Below, in pieces: positions 28,849-37,330 of a stretch of DNA of 64,000 bases (its first letter is position 1; the number at the start of each line of letters is the position of its first letter). The notes under the pieces were generated by a model that was not told the origin of the DNA, searched no databases, and saw only the letters and a list, made by a program, of their open reading frames with translations. Location: NCBI GenBank assembly GCA_021513715.1, contig CP084167.1, forward strand, positions 1,856,001 through 1,920,000. Direction: 5' to 3'. A program made the position numbers and the translations under genes. The stretch is from Candidatus Heimdallarchaeum endolithica (GTDB lineage: Archaea; Asgardarchaeota; Heimdallarchaeia; Heimdallarchaeales; Heimdallarchaeaceae).

Positions 28849-30065
28849 TAGTACTTCCGCAATAACTTAGACTATCTCACCTCCATACAAACTTGAGCGT
28901 AAACACCTCAAGGTGAAATAGAGCGTAACAGGTCTTGAGCGTTTCAAGAGCGGTTTGTCAGACGGGGGAGTGAAAAAAGGAGGGATAACAGAAGAGCGAA
29001 AACAGACATATAAAGCGAGACGAGAAGAGAAAAACAAAGATACAAGAACCTGACGGTGGCATTATTCGTAGTTGTAGAAACACTAATACTCTTGAGAAGA
29101 CGGTAGGACGTCTCTATACCCCACCGATGACAATAATCGTAGATCTGTTGCTCTGAAGAGATATGCCAACTGATACACACAAACCAATCTTTCCGCTTTG
29201 GGAGCCAATAAGCATGCAACATAACTTCTGTAGTTTCACCTTGTCCACTTTTCATAGTGTAAGGAACAGAAGTTATTTTACCTGTTTTAGGAAAGGTTTC
29301 CAGGTATGACCTAATCTTCTTATTTTTCCGCGCTCCAATGACGAAAGGAATAGTGTAGGCTTGTAGTAGTTTCACTACTTCAACAGAATAAAAACCTCTA
29401 TCTGCATACAACACCTTTATGCTCTTGTTTTTAAGACTAAACTTATTGAAGAGCGATTCTAATAGTCCCTCTTTAGAATCAAAAGTTGACACGGGAAATG
29501 CACCTAAAGGAAGAGCACCATAAGATGATTTGACTGTTGACACCGTGATATATCGATAAAACCATTCATTTTTATACTGGTGAATATATTCATCTCTTCT
29601 TTTCCCATAATATCGTATGTCCATCGTGTCTACTGCTAGTATTAATGGACTCTTTATTTTCTTCTTTCTTTTCAATAGTTCCCCACACTGCTGAAATGAA
29701 GAGATGAAAACCTCTGATATGCTATTTATATCCAATTTGTTCAAGTGATAACGTATTGTATCCCCGTCTTTAGTCGAAAATTGTTCAGCTGACTGCTCGA
29801 TAGATGTTTGTTCCACCACTGCTCCCAAGACGGTCTTCTTAACTTCTTCTTTTGTTTCTCCTCTTTTCCTCTGTCCTTTGTGCGGAAAATCCATCTTTCT
29901 TATCCAGTGACAAACTTTTATACTTGTTTTCCTATCTTCTCTTGTGGGTTGAAAGCGTTTTTCTAAAAAACTTTTGACCGATTTTAATAGGTTGAAGTTA
30001 CAGTGTTTCATACTATTATTGTCGGGCTTTCAACCCATAACTTTTACTATAATTCGGAAGTACTA
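28849..30065 (-). mobile_element. ISH3-family insertion sequence, 1217 bp
   Basis: TIR core TAGTACTTCCG at 28849 and its reverse complement ending at 30065; 6-bp direct repeat ATAGAA (28843-28848 / 30066-30071). Confidence 0.88.
28944..30011 (-). CDS. DDE transposase (ISH3 family)
   Basis: LAVDT.DIRYYG, YADRGFYS, Y..RWGIETSYR. Confidence 0.88.
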   Translation of the reverse strand: MKHCNFNLLKSVKSFLEKRFQPTREDRKTSIKVCHWIRKMDFPHKGQRKRGETKEEVKKTVLGAVVEQTSIEQSAEQFSTKDGDTIRYHLNKLDINSISEVFISSFQQCGELLKRKKKIKSPLILAVDTMDIRYYGKRRDEYIHQYKNEWFYRYITVSTVKSSYGALPLGAFPVSTFDSKEGLLESLFNKFSLKNKSIKVLYADRGFYSVEVVKLLQAYTIPFVIGARKNKKIRSYLETFPKTGKITSVPYTMKSGQGETTEVMLHAYWLPKRKDWFVCISWHISSEQQIYDYCHRWGIETSYRLLKSISVSTTTNNATVRFLYLCFSLLVSLYMSVFALLLSLLFSLPRLTNRS

Positions 30066-30102
30066 ATAGAAAAAGTTAATTCAACAAGAAGATAGGGAAT
30101 GT

Positions 30103-30879
30103 TTAATGTTTTTGTAATAAAACAAATATATTATCAGACCCAGATTTTCCGCCAAGAATAGAAATATCTACGATCTTAAAACCAGCTTTTTTTATTAACT
30201 TAATTAATTCACGGCGGGAAAAAAGATGATAATAACGCTTAGCAATTACTTTTCCTTCAGAATTTTTCCAAGGCAAGTAATAATCACCAAACCTCCAATT
30301 AGCATTAAACAATTTCTTAATTGGAAATACTGCTAAATCAAAAATCATCTTAAGGCGTGTATCTTTTTTCCATTTATACCAAACTGAAAGGATAAGAAAG
30401 CCGTTTTCATCTAATATCTTTTTTATTTCTGTAAATGTGCTAATAACATCCACTCGATTATCCAAGTGATGTACTGCAGCAATCAGCAAAACTAGATCAT
30501 ATGATTTTTCTCTAAAAGGTAAAGAAGTCATCTCTAAATTAACTAAATGATTAGCAGAGTTTGGTGATAGTACTGATTTTTCTAAAAGTTTAAAGGACAG
30601 ATCACACAATATGAATTGTTTTTTAAATTCTTGAAATAAAATTAAATTTCGCCCATTTCCTCCTCCAATATCACATATAAGTTGTATTCTAGACAAATCA
30701 ATTAAATTGAAGATTTTATGTAAATATTCTTTAAAATCTTTCCAAGGTTTACGCTTTGTTCGAGTATAATATTCACTAATTGTGGAATATGCAGACATTA
30801 GATTATCTAGATTTGATTTATTATTTGACATATGAAGCACTGAAATCAGTAGGTTTTTCTTATAAAAAAAAGGAATCAT
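30103..30879 (-). CDS. Class I SAM methyltransferase (Trm9/ALKBH8-like)
   Basis: TKRKPW, DIGGGNGRN, IAAVHHL, SVW, RYYHLF. Confidence 0.8.
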   Translation of the reverse strand: MIPFFYKKNLLISVLHMSNNKSNLDNLMSAYSTISEYYTRTKRKPWKDFKEYLHKIFNLIDLSRIQLICDIGGGNGRNLILFQEFKKQFILCDLSFKLLEKSVLSPNSANHLVNLEMTSLPFREKSYDLVLLIAAVHHLDNRVDVISTFTEIKKILDENGFLILSVWYKWKKDTRLKMIFDLAVFPIKKLFNANWRFGDYYLPWKNSEGKVIAKRYYHLFSRRELIKLIKKAGFKIVDISILGGKSGSDNIFVLLQKH

Positions 30880-30946
30880 AAGGTTTTTAATTTAATCATT
30901 CTCGTTAAAAATAACGAAATAAAATAACGGAAAGAGGATTATTAAA

Positions 30947-31573
30947 ATGGGATTTTGGTCTGACTGGTTGGATGCTATCGCGCGATGGATTTCCAGCAAT
31001 AATTGGAATCAATTACCGCAATCCGTGCTATTTATCACACTTACTAGTATTTCTATTTCAGCGTTTTCTGCAATAATTACAAAATTGTTAATTGATACAG
31101 AATCACTTAACGAAGACATGCAAAAAATAAACAAATGGAATCAAAAAAGAAAAATGGCAATGGAAAGAGCAGACAAAAAATTATGGTTAAGCGTCAAACG
31201 AGAGGAAGATGCAATAAAACGTTTACAACAGAGTATGATGATGAAAAGAATGAAACCAATGTTAGTTACATTTATTCCATTCATGGTTATCTTTGCAATC
31301 CTAAGAAGAGCTTTTAATGGTCACTATTATGCGTGGATACCATTCAATATGGGTAAATTTCCATGGATTGGTAAGACACCATGGAGTGAACAAGTAACTT
31401 ATGATGGACATGTTTATTCAAAAATCAGTTTTACATTCTGGTATTTTCTATCTAGTTTCGCATTTGGTTCACTAATATCTCGTATATTAGGAACAAACCC
31501 TCAAGGAGCGGTAAGCACAGATAGTAAGAAAAAGTCGAAAACAACTAAAAAAACGGTTAAGAAAAATAAATAA
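30947..31573 (+). CDS. DUF106/EMC3/TMCO1 (Oxa1 superfamily) membrane insertase
   Basis: TM, coiled coil, MKPMLVTFIP, FWYFLSS; precedes rpl34e as usual. Confidence 0.85.
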   Translation: MGFWSDWLDAIARWISSNNWNQLPQSVLFITLTSISISAFSAIITKLLIDTESLNEDMQKINKWNQKRKMAMERADKKLWLSVKREEDAIKRLQQSMMMKRMKPMLVTFIPFMVIFAILRRAFNGHYYAWIPFNMGKFPWIGKTPWSEQVTYDGHVYSKISFTFWYFLSSFAFGSLISRILGTNPQGAVSTDSKKKSKTTKKTVKKNK

Positions 31574-31712
31574 GCAAGAATTTCTTGTTTATTTATAAAA
31601 CTAATCTTTCCACTGACAAACTTAACAATTGATTTTGTCATCAAAATATATATTTAAAAATAATCTTCTTTCCATGGAAGTATAGTATTCAGAAATAAAA
31701 AGAGGATTTTCA

Positions 31713-31970
31713 ATGAGACCTAATTTGAGAGTTAGTAAAAAACGCATAGTTCGAACCCCTGGTGGTGTTCGCGTTAAGAGATTAAAGAAAAAAACAAGTA
31801 AAGCTCATTGCGGAGAATGCGGTGCTGTTCTAAGTGGAGTTGCTTTTGGCAATCAGAGTGAAGTTAGAAAACTTCCCAGGTCCAGGAGATTACCTTCAAG
31901 AGTTCATGCTGGTTATCTTTGTCCTGAGTGTTTAAAGAAAAAGATTAAAGCAAAAGTTAGAAGCATATAG
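31713..31970 (+). CDS. rpl34e: 50S ribosomal protein eL34
   Basis: RTPGG, CGECG..LSG, R..AG.LCPEC. Confidence 0.95.
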   Translation: MRPNLRVSKKRIVRTPGGVRVKRLKKKTSKAHCGECGAVLSGVAFGNQSEVRKLPRSRRLPSRVHAGYLCPECLKKKIKAKVRSI

Positions 31971-31995
31971 CTGATTTAATAATTAGGTGTAACCT

Positions 31996-32520
31996 TTGCC
32001 AATTATTGCTATCTCTGGACAACATGGTAGCGGTAAAACAACCGCAGCAAAATTGTTAGCAGAAAGTCTTAATTATAAATACCTTTCTGCAGGTTCTATT
32101 TTTAGAGAAATGGCAGAAAAAGAAGGTTACACCTTAGAAGAATTTACAGCACTTGCAGAGAAGAATACTTCAATTGATGAATATATAGATAAAAAAACTG
32201 TAGAAATTGCAAAATCTGAAAAAGATTTGATTGTTGATGCGCAACTAGCTGGTTGGTTACTTAAGGATATTGCAGATCTTTCAATTTGTATTTCTGCAAG
32301 TTTTGATAAAAGAATAGAACGTATTGCAAAAAGAGAGAACAGAACAATTGAAGAGGTTCTTAAAGAAACAAAAACTAGAGAAAAATCAGAAAAAGAGCGA
32401 TATGCTTCATTATATTCTTTTGATTTAAGTGATTTAAGTATTTATGATTTAATAATTAATACTGATCGATTAGAAGCACATACAGTTGTAAAGATAATAT
32501 TGTCAGCAATAAAAGAATAA
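31996..32520 (+). CDS. cmk: Cytidylate kinase (archaeal type)
   Basis: ISGQHGSGKTT, SAG.IFR.MA, R..RIA.RE, YDL.INT; rpl34e-cmk-rpl14e synteny. Confidence 0.9.
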   Translation: MPIIAISGQHGSGKTTAAKLLAESLNYKYLSAGSIFREMAEKEGYTLEEFTALAEKNTSIDEYIDKKTVEIAKSEKDLIVDAQLAGWLLKDIADLSICISASFDKRIERIAKRENRTIEEVLKETKTREKSEKERYASLYSFDLSDLSIYDLIINTDRLEAHTVVKIILSAIKE

Positions 32521-32677
32521 AATAAAATTATTCTATTTTCAATTAAACAAAAATTTTTTCATAGAAATTCATTCATAAAAAATATTCTCAAATTTCAGAA
32601 TCTTTTAATATATACTCTTATTGTAGGACTTAACCAAACAATTATCCACTAATTGTTAATTAATTAGTGTGGATTAG

Positions 32678-32980
32678 TTGGTGACAATTAATCGAGGTGC
32701 AAAAATGACAGCAATTCAAATTGGAAGAATAGTTGTAAAAACAGCAGGCCGAGAAGCTGGTAAAAAAGCTATTATTGCAGATTTAATTGATCAGAATTAT
32801 GTTTTAATTACTGGTCCTAAAGATTTAACAAAAGTACGAAGAAGAAAAGTAAACGTTGGACACATTGAGTTAACTGATAAACTTGTTTCCATTAAGCGCG
32901 GTGCTTCTGATGATGAAATAATAAAAGCGATAGATGAAGCCGGCCTTACTGATTTTATGAAAGAGGAAATTATTCCTTAA
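32678..32980 (+). CDS. rpl14e: 50S ribosomal protein eL14 (start probably ATG at 32705)
   Basis: IGR.VVKTAGREAGKK, VLITGP, VRRRKVN..H.E. Confidence 0.95.
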   Translation: MVTINRGAKMTAIQIGRIVVKTAGREAGKKAIIADLIDQNYVLITGPKDLTKVRRRKVNVGHIELTDKLVSIKRGASDDEIIKAIDEAGLTDFMKEEIIP

Positions 32981-33039
32981 TTAAATAAAAATGTATCACT
33001 ACATTTTTATTACTTTATTCTTTTTATTTTTCGCGAACA

Positions 33040-35559
33040 GTGATTTATATGACACTAATTTTTGAACCACAAGAGATAGAGCTAATAGACGAAACCATTC
33101 CTACTATAACACTATCTTCTGAAACAACAGACTATCGTTATGGAAAATCACCATTAAATAGATCAATTGAGGAACTTCTCAATTATGGTATTATCAATTT
33201 AGATAAACCACCAAATCCAACAAGTCACGAAGTCGTGAGTTTTGTAAAGAAAATTTTAGAAATTCCTCGAGCTGGACATTCTGGTACTCTTGACCCTGCA
33301 GTTACTGGTGTCTTACCTATTGCCCTAAATAAAGCAACAAGAATTCTGGATACTTTACTTTTAGCAGGAAAGGAATATGTTTCTATAATGCAAGTACATC
33401 AAGACATCCCTCATGATAAAATAAAGGAAGTTATGCTTGAATATGTTGGAGAAATCTTCCAGAGACCCCCAATTAGAGCAAGTGTAAAAAGAGTTCTAAG
33501 AAAACGTAAAATCTATGAATTGAAAATTTTGGAAATAGATGATCGCTTAGTATTATTCAAAATGTCATGCCAAGCAGGAACATATGTACGAAAACTGTGT
33601 TTACATCCAACAACGCAAATTTTAACTAAGAATGGTTCAATATCTATCACAGATTTTTATAAGAATCCAACAATAGTTCTTACTTTTAATGATGGTAAGG
33701 TGGTTGAAAAACCCCCTTCTGCTGTTCAAAAAATCAAGGCACCATCACAATTAATAAAGATAACAATGGAATCTGGTATTAGTTTTATAGCAACACCTGA
33801 TCATGAGATGCTTAAGTCCACTTTAGATGGATATGTTATGACTGAAGTTAAAGACTTAAAAAAGGGAGACTATTTAGTAAAAAGTTTGAATTATCATCTA
33901 CCAAATAAGAAACTGATAATAGCGGATTTGCTGGACGATGAGTTCTTAATTGACCAACAAAAACTTAAGGAAAAATGCAAAGAGGCTTTTATTCAAAAAT
34001 ATGGCAGTATAAGAGCTATGAGTGAGGCTTTAAGAATTGATAGAAAAGTGTTTTACTCTGATTCTAGAATCGCAATTAAAATTAAACATCTAAAATTGGC
34101 AGGAATATATGATAAAGTCAAAAAAAACATTCATCGCTTCAAATTCACAAAAGGCATGACTGTAGATTTGAAGAATCTTAATGACGAGTTCTTTTATTTA
34201 TTGGGTTTAATAGCTTCGGATGGAAATAATACAAAGGAAAAAGGTACTGTCCGCTATACGAGGATTATGTTTCACAATAAAGAAAAAGCACTAATTGACA
34301 AATTCATTGAAATTTGTGAGAGACTATTTCCTAATGTACATTATACAGTGAAAAAACATGAAAATGATATTTGGGGTGTTGTTACCTCAAATTCTTTAAT
34401 GGCGTCCATAGCAGCTTCATTAGGGATAAAAAGTCCCAAAAAACATTCAGATTTTTCACCTTTGCTTTATATTGAACCGATACTTCTAAAAGCATACTTG
34501 AAAGGTTATTTTGATGGAGATGGTTCAGCTTATTATAAGAAGTATCCTAATCACATTAAAACACGAATATCCTTGTTTACATTTAGTGAAAAAGAAGCAG
34601 TAGTTCTTCATAAAATCCTCCTCAAATTGAGTATTGAAAATAGAATCTTCTCAAGGACACGAACCAAAAAAGGAAAAGTAGAAGTTTATTATGAAGTATC
34701 TATAGAGATAATTGGAGCTCAACATAAATTCATTAAAGAAATTGGTTCAAATCATCCTAATAAAATGAGAATACTGGAGAAAATAAGATCAATTGAACAA
34801 GAACATGAATATGGAAACAACTATCATGTGGGATTGCATTTTAATAAAATGTTATCTGAAAATAAGACTGAGCTAAAAAGAATAATGGGAGGAAATTTAA
34901 GCAGACTATTGGGAAAAAACATACCTGTCACTAGAAGATTTTACAAACGAGCTTCTTCTTTCGTGAATCTACCTTCACTTGATGATTTCATTATCGAAAA
35001 AATAGAGAAAATAGAAACTGTCGACAGCTGTGATTATGTTTATGATATGACAGTGCCAAACACACACAATTTCCTTATTGAAACTGGATATGTGTCTTCA
35101 AACTGTCACGACATAGGTCAATCTTTAGGTTGTGGAGCCCATATGAAAGAACTGCGAAGAATAAGAACGGGACCATTTACAGAGGAAACTTTCTTGTCCA
35201 CTTTACATGACCTTTATGACGCTTTTATGTGGTATAAAGAAGAAAAAGATGAAATCCCACTGAGAAATATTATTTTGCCTATGGAGTTTGCAGTAAAACA
35301 TTTACCAAAAATTTATGTTAAAGACAATGCAGTAGACACTATATGTCACGGAGCACCTGTTGCTTTACCTGCAATTTCCAAAATAACTACAAATTTCAAG
35401 GAAGGAGATACAGTAGCAATTCACACGCTAAAAAACGAATTAGTAGCTTTAGGAGATGCTCAAATAGATGCAACTAAACTAGAAAAAATGGATTCTGGCC
35501 TTATTGTTAAAACAAAAAGAGTTCTAATGCCAACAGGCACATACCCCAAATCAAATTAA
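33040..35559 (+). CDS. cbf5: H/ACA pseudouridine synthase Cbf5 with an intein
   Basis: DKPPNPTSHEV, GHSGTLDP, KEY, QRPP..ASVKR, GTYVRKL|CHDIG, AHMKELRR, PUA domain. Confidence 0.95.
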   Translation: MIYMTLIFEPQEIELIDETIPTITLSSETTDYRYGKSPLNRSIEELLNYGIINLDKPPNPTSHEVVSFVKKILEIPRAGHSGTLDPAVTGVLPIALNKATRILDTLLLAGKEYVSIMQVHQDIPHDKIKEVMLEYVGEIFQRPPIRASVKRVLRKRKIYELKILEIDDRLVLFKMSCQAGTYVRKLCLHPTTQILTKNGSISITDFYKNPTIVLTFNDGKVVEKPPSAVQKIKAPSQLIKITMESGISFIATPDHEMLKSTLDGYVMTEVKDLKKGDYLVKSLNYHLPNKKLIIADLLDDEFLIDQQKLKEKCKEAFIQKYGSIRAMSEALRIDRKVFYSDSRIAIKIKHLKLAGIYDKVKKNIHRFKFTKGMTVDLKNLNDEFFYLLGLIASDGNNTKEKGTVRYTRIMFHNKEKALIDKFIEICERLFPNVHYTVKKHENDIWGVVTSNSLMASIAASLGIKSPKKHSDFSPLLYIEPILLKAYLKGYFDGDGSAYYKKYPNHIKTRISLFTFSEKEAVVLHKILLKLSIENRIFSRTRTKKGKVEVYYEVSIEIIGAQHKFIKEIGSNHPNKMRILEKIRSIEQEHEYGNNYHVGLHFNKMLSENKTELKRIMGGNLSRLLGKNIPVTRRFYKRASSFVNLPSLDDFIIEKIEKIETVDSCDYVYDMTVPNTHNFLIETGYVSSNCHDIGQSLGCGAHMKELRRIRTGPFTEETFLSTLHDLYDAFMWYKEEKDEIPLRNIILPMEFAVKHLPKIYVKDNAVDTICHGAPVALPAISKITTNFKEGDTVAIHTLKNELVALGDAQIDATKLEKMDSGLIVKTKRVLMPTGTYPKSN
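33598..35103 (+). mobile_element. Intein (502 aa) with LAGLIDADG homing endonuclease in Cbf5
   Basis: Starts CLHPTT, block B ATPDH, LLGLIASDG and YLKGYFDGDG, block F VYDMTVP..HNF, ends SSN before Cys+1. Confidence 0.93.
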
Positions 35560-35568
35560 AAGATAGGA

Positions 35569-36183
35569 TTACTTATTAATTTTTGAAAGAATTATATTTT
35601 TGAATATTTTATATGAAATATCAAAAGTATGAAAAGGCCATAATCTATCTTCTGTTATTACTATTCTTTCACTTAATGCAATGGCATTTCCGATCCCAAG
35701 GACAATTTCTCTTTCATCTCTACTTACAAAATTATCCCAAACTGCTAAATCTTTATCTTCTTTTGTTTTTTCGCGATATTTACCTGAAACTTGAAATCGA
35801 TCAGGATTTTTCACCCGTAAGAATCGTGTTTTTTGGCTTGCATGAAAACCTAAAACTGTTACATTTTCCTTTCCAAACCTTTTTTTTGTGTATTCGATTT
35901 CAGATGGAGATTTAACTCCATTTAAAACCAAAGCACTAGAATCACAATAAATATTCTCTTCAGCATCAAGAATTGTTCTAGCAAAAGCTACAGGGTCTTT
36001 TGATAAAAGATCTTTTATTACCATTGTGGTATTTTGATGATTAACCTCTAGTTTTCTTCTCTTAAGTTCATGGTAAACAGCATGTCCTGTTTCAACCATT
36101 GGTATATTTTCCTCTTCACGAAGCCTGTGTCCGTGTGATGACTTACCGCTTAGTTGAAATCCTACTAAAATAAATACCTTCAT
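35569..36183 (-). CDS. P-loop nucleotide kinase (dephospho-CoA kinase/UPF0200-like)
   Basis: G..LSGKS, GVKSPSE, RF.R, RDEREI.LG.G.AI. Confidence 0.65.
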   Translation of the reverse strand: MKVFILVGFQLSGKSSHGHRLREEENIPMVETGHAVYHELKRRKLEVNHQNTTMVIKDLLSKDPVAFARTILDAEENIYCDSSALVLNGVKSPSEIEYTKKRFGKENVTVLGFHASQKTRFLRVKNPDRFQVSGKYREKTKEDKDLAVWDNFVSRDEREIVLGIGNAIALSERIVITEDRLWPFHTFDISYKIFKNIILSKINK

Positions 36184-36444
36184 CTTTTACAATGTAGGGA
36201 TTGAAGTTCAATCAAAAGTTTTTCGGAAATCAACTTTATTTTTGGGCATCTTTTTGTCTGTAAGCCAATGTTGCTCTTTTAAAAATTCAGATAATAAGAA
36301 TTATTCGCTCATTAAACATATGAGAAGGTTGAAACCTCAACTATGAAGAAATGTTTTATAATTAGATTTTACATTTTTAGTTGAGCAATAATCATAATGT
36401 TTAAATTATGAATTACAAGAATAAAAATAATCTCTATAGAGTTT

Positions 36445-36554
36445 GCCAGGATACTCAAGCGGTAAGAGGTATGCCTGGAGAGTATTAAATCAAGGTTTAC
36501 CCATTAAGCATATGCCTTTATGGCTCCGGGGTTCAAATCCCCGTCCTGGCTCCA
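36445..36554 (+). tRNA. tRNA-Ser(GGA) with a 26-nt intron at 37/38 (36481-36506) and encoded CCA
   Basis: Acceptor GCCAGGA/TCCTGGC, anticodon stem TATGC/GCATA, CT-GGA-G, long variable arm GCC...GGC, T arm CGGGG-TTCAAAT-CCCCG, relaxed BHB motif. Confidence 0.93.
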
Positions 36555-36594
36555 TTTTAAAGAAGAGACATACTCTAGATGTCTTTTTTAGATA

Positions 36595-37317
36595 TTATAT
36601 AACAAACTTAAACGATTTCTGATAGGATCTAAGAATATCTATTGTCTCAATAGTTGTCGACTTCGCCACAATTTCTGGTAATTGGCTAGTTATCCAATTT
36701 AAAGTATCATCAAGATTTTTTCTCATTTCAGGATCAGTTTTTTTGAATATATCTACAAGGGCATCAAAATCTACTTTTTCAGAGGAAGAGATAACATATA
36801 TCCACTGCTTTAATGTATCTACTCTTTGAGATGGATAAATGAAACTTAAAGAATTATCGTTTTTAGAATAGCTCACTAGTCCTTTGATTTTTACAGGCAT
36901 TAAAGAAATAAATTTCGAACCTAAGAGAGATCTGAAAAGAATACTAAGAATCTGCTCTCTTGATGGAATGCGTAGGCGAGTAGAAACAAATTCATAATTA
37001 ATTAAAGTTGTTGCAAAGTAAAAATACTGATTATTTTGATTAATACTCAAAGCACAGAAATCATCTAGTTTGTTATGCAAATCGCCTAATTCTACTTGAA
37101 ACTTAACGCTAACGAAGTCAATATCATCAGTAACAACCTTCTTCAAAAAATTATCTAGTTCTCCTTCAATAATTAGATCATCACATGAAGCAGTAAAACG
37201 ACGGTCAAAGATTCTTCTTATTACAACCTTTTCACCTTCAAGTGCATCATATATTCGTTCTAAAGTAGAATTAGACAACTTTTTTTGATTCATACGTATC
37301 ATTATTGTTTTTACCAT
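36595..37317 (-). CDS. Hypothetical protein co-oriented directly downstream of polB
   Basis: ORF with GGTGA RBS, 13 bp after the polB stop. Confidence 0.65.
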   Translation of the reverse strand: MVKTIMIRMNQKKLSNSTLERIYDALEGEKVVIRRIFDRRFTASCDDLIIEGELDNFLKKVVTDDIDFVSVKFQVELGDLHNKLDDFCALSINQNNQYFYFATTLINYEFVSTRLRIPSREQILSILFRSLLGSKFISLMPVKIKGLVSYSKNDNSLSFIYPSQRVDTLKQWIYVISSSEKVDFDALVDIFKKTDPEMRKNLDDTLNWITSQLPEIVAKSTTIETIDILRSYQKSFKFVI

Positions 37318-37330
37318 ATCATTTCACCAT

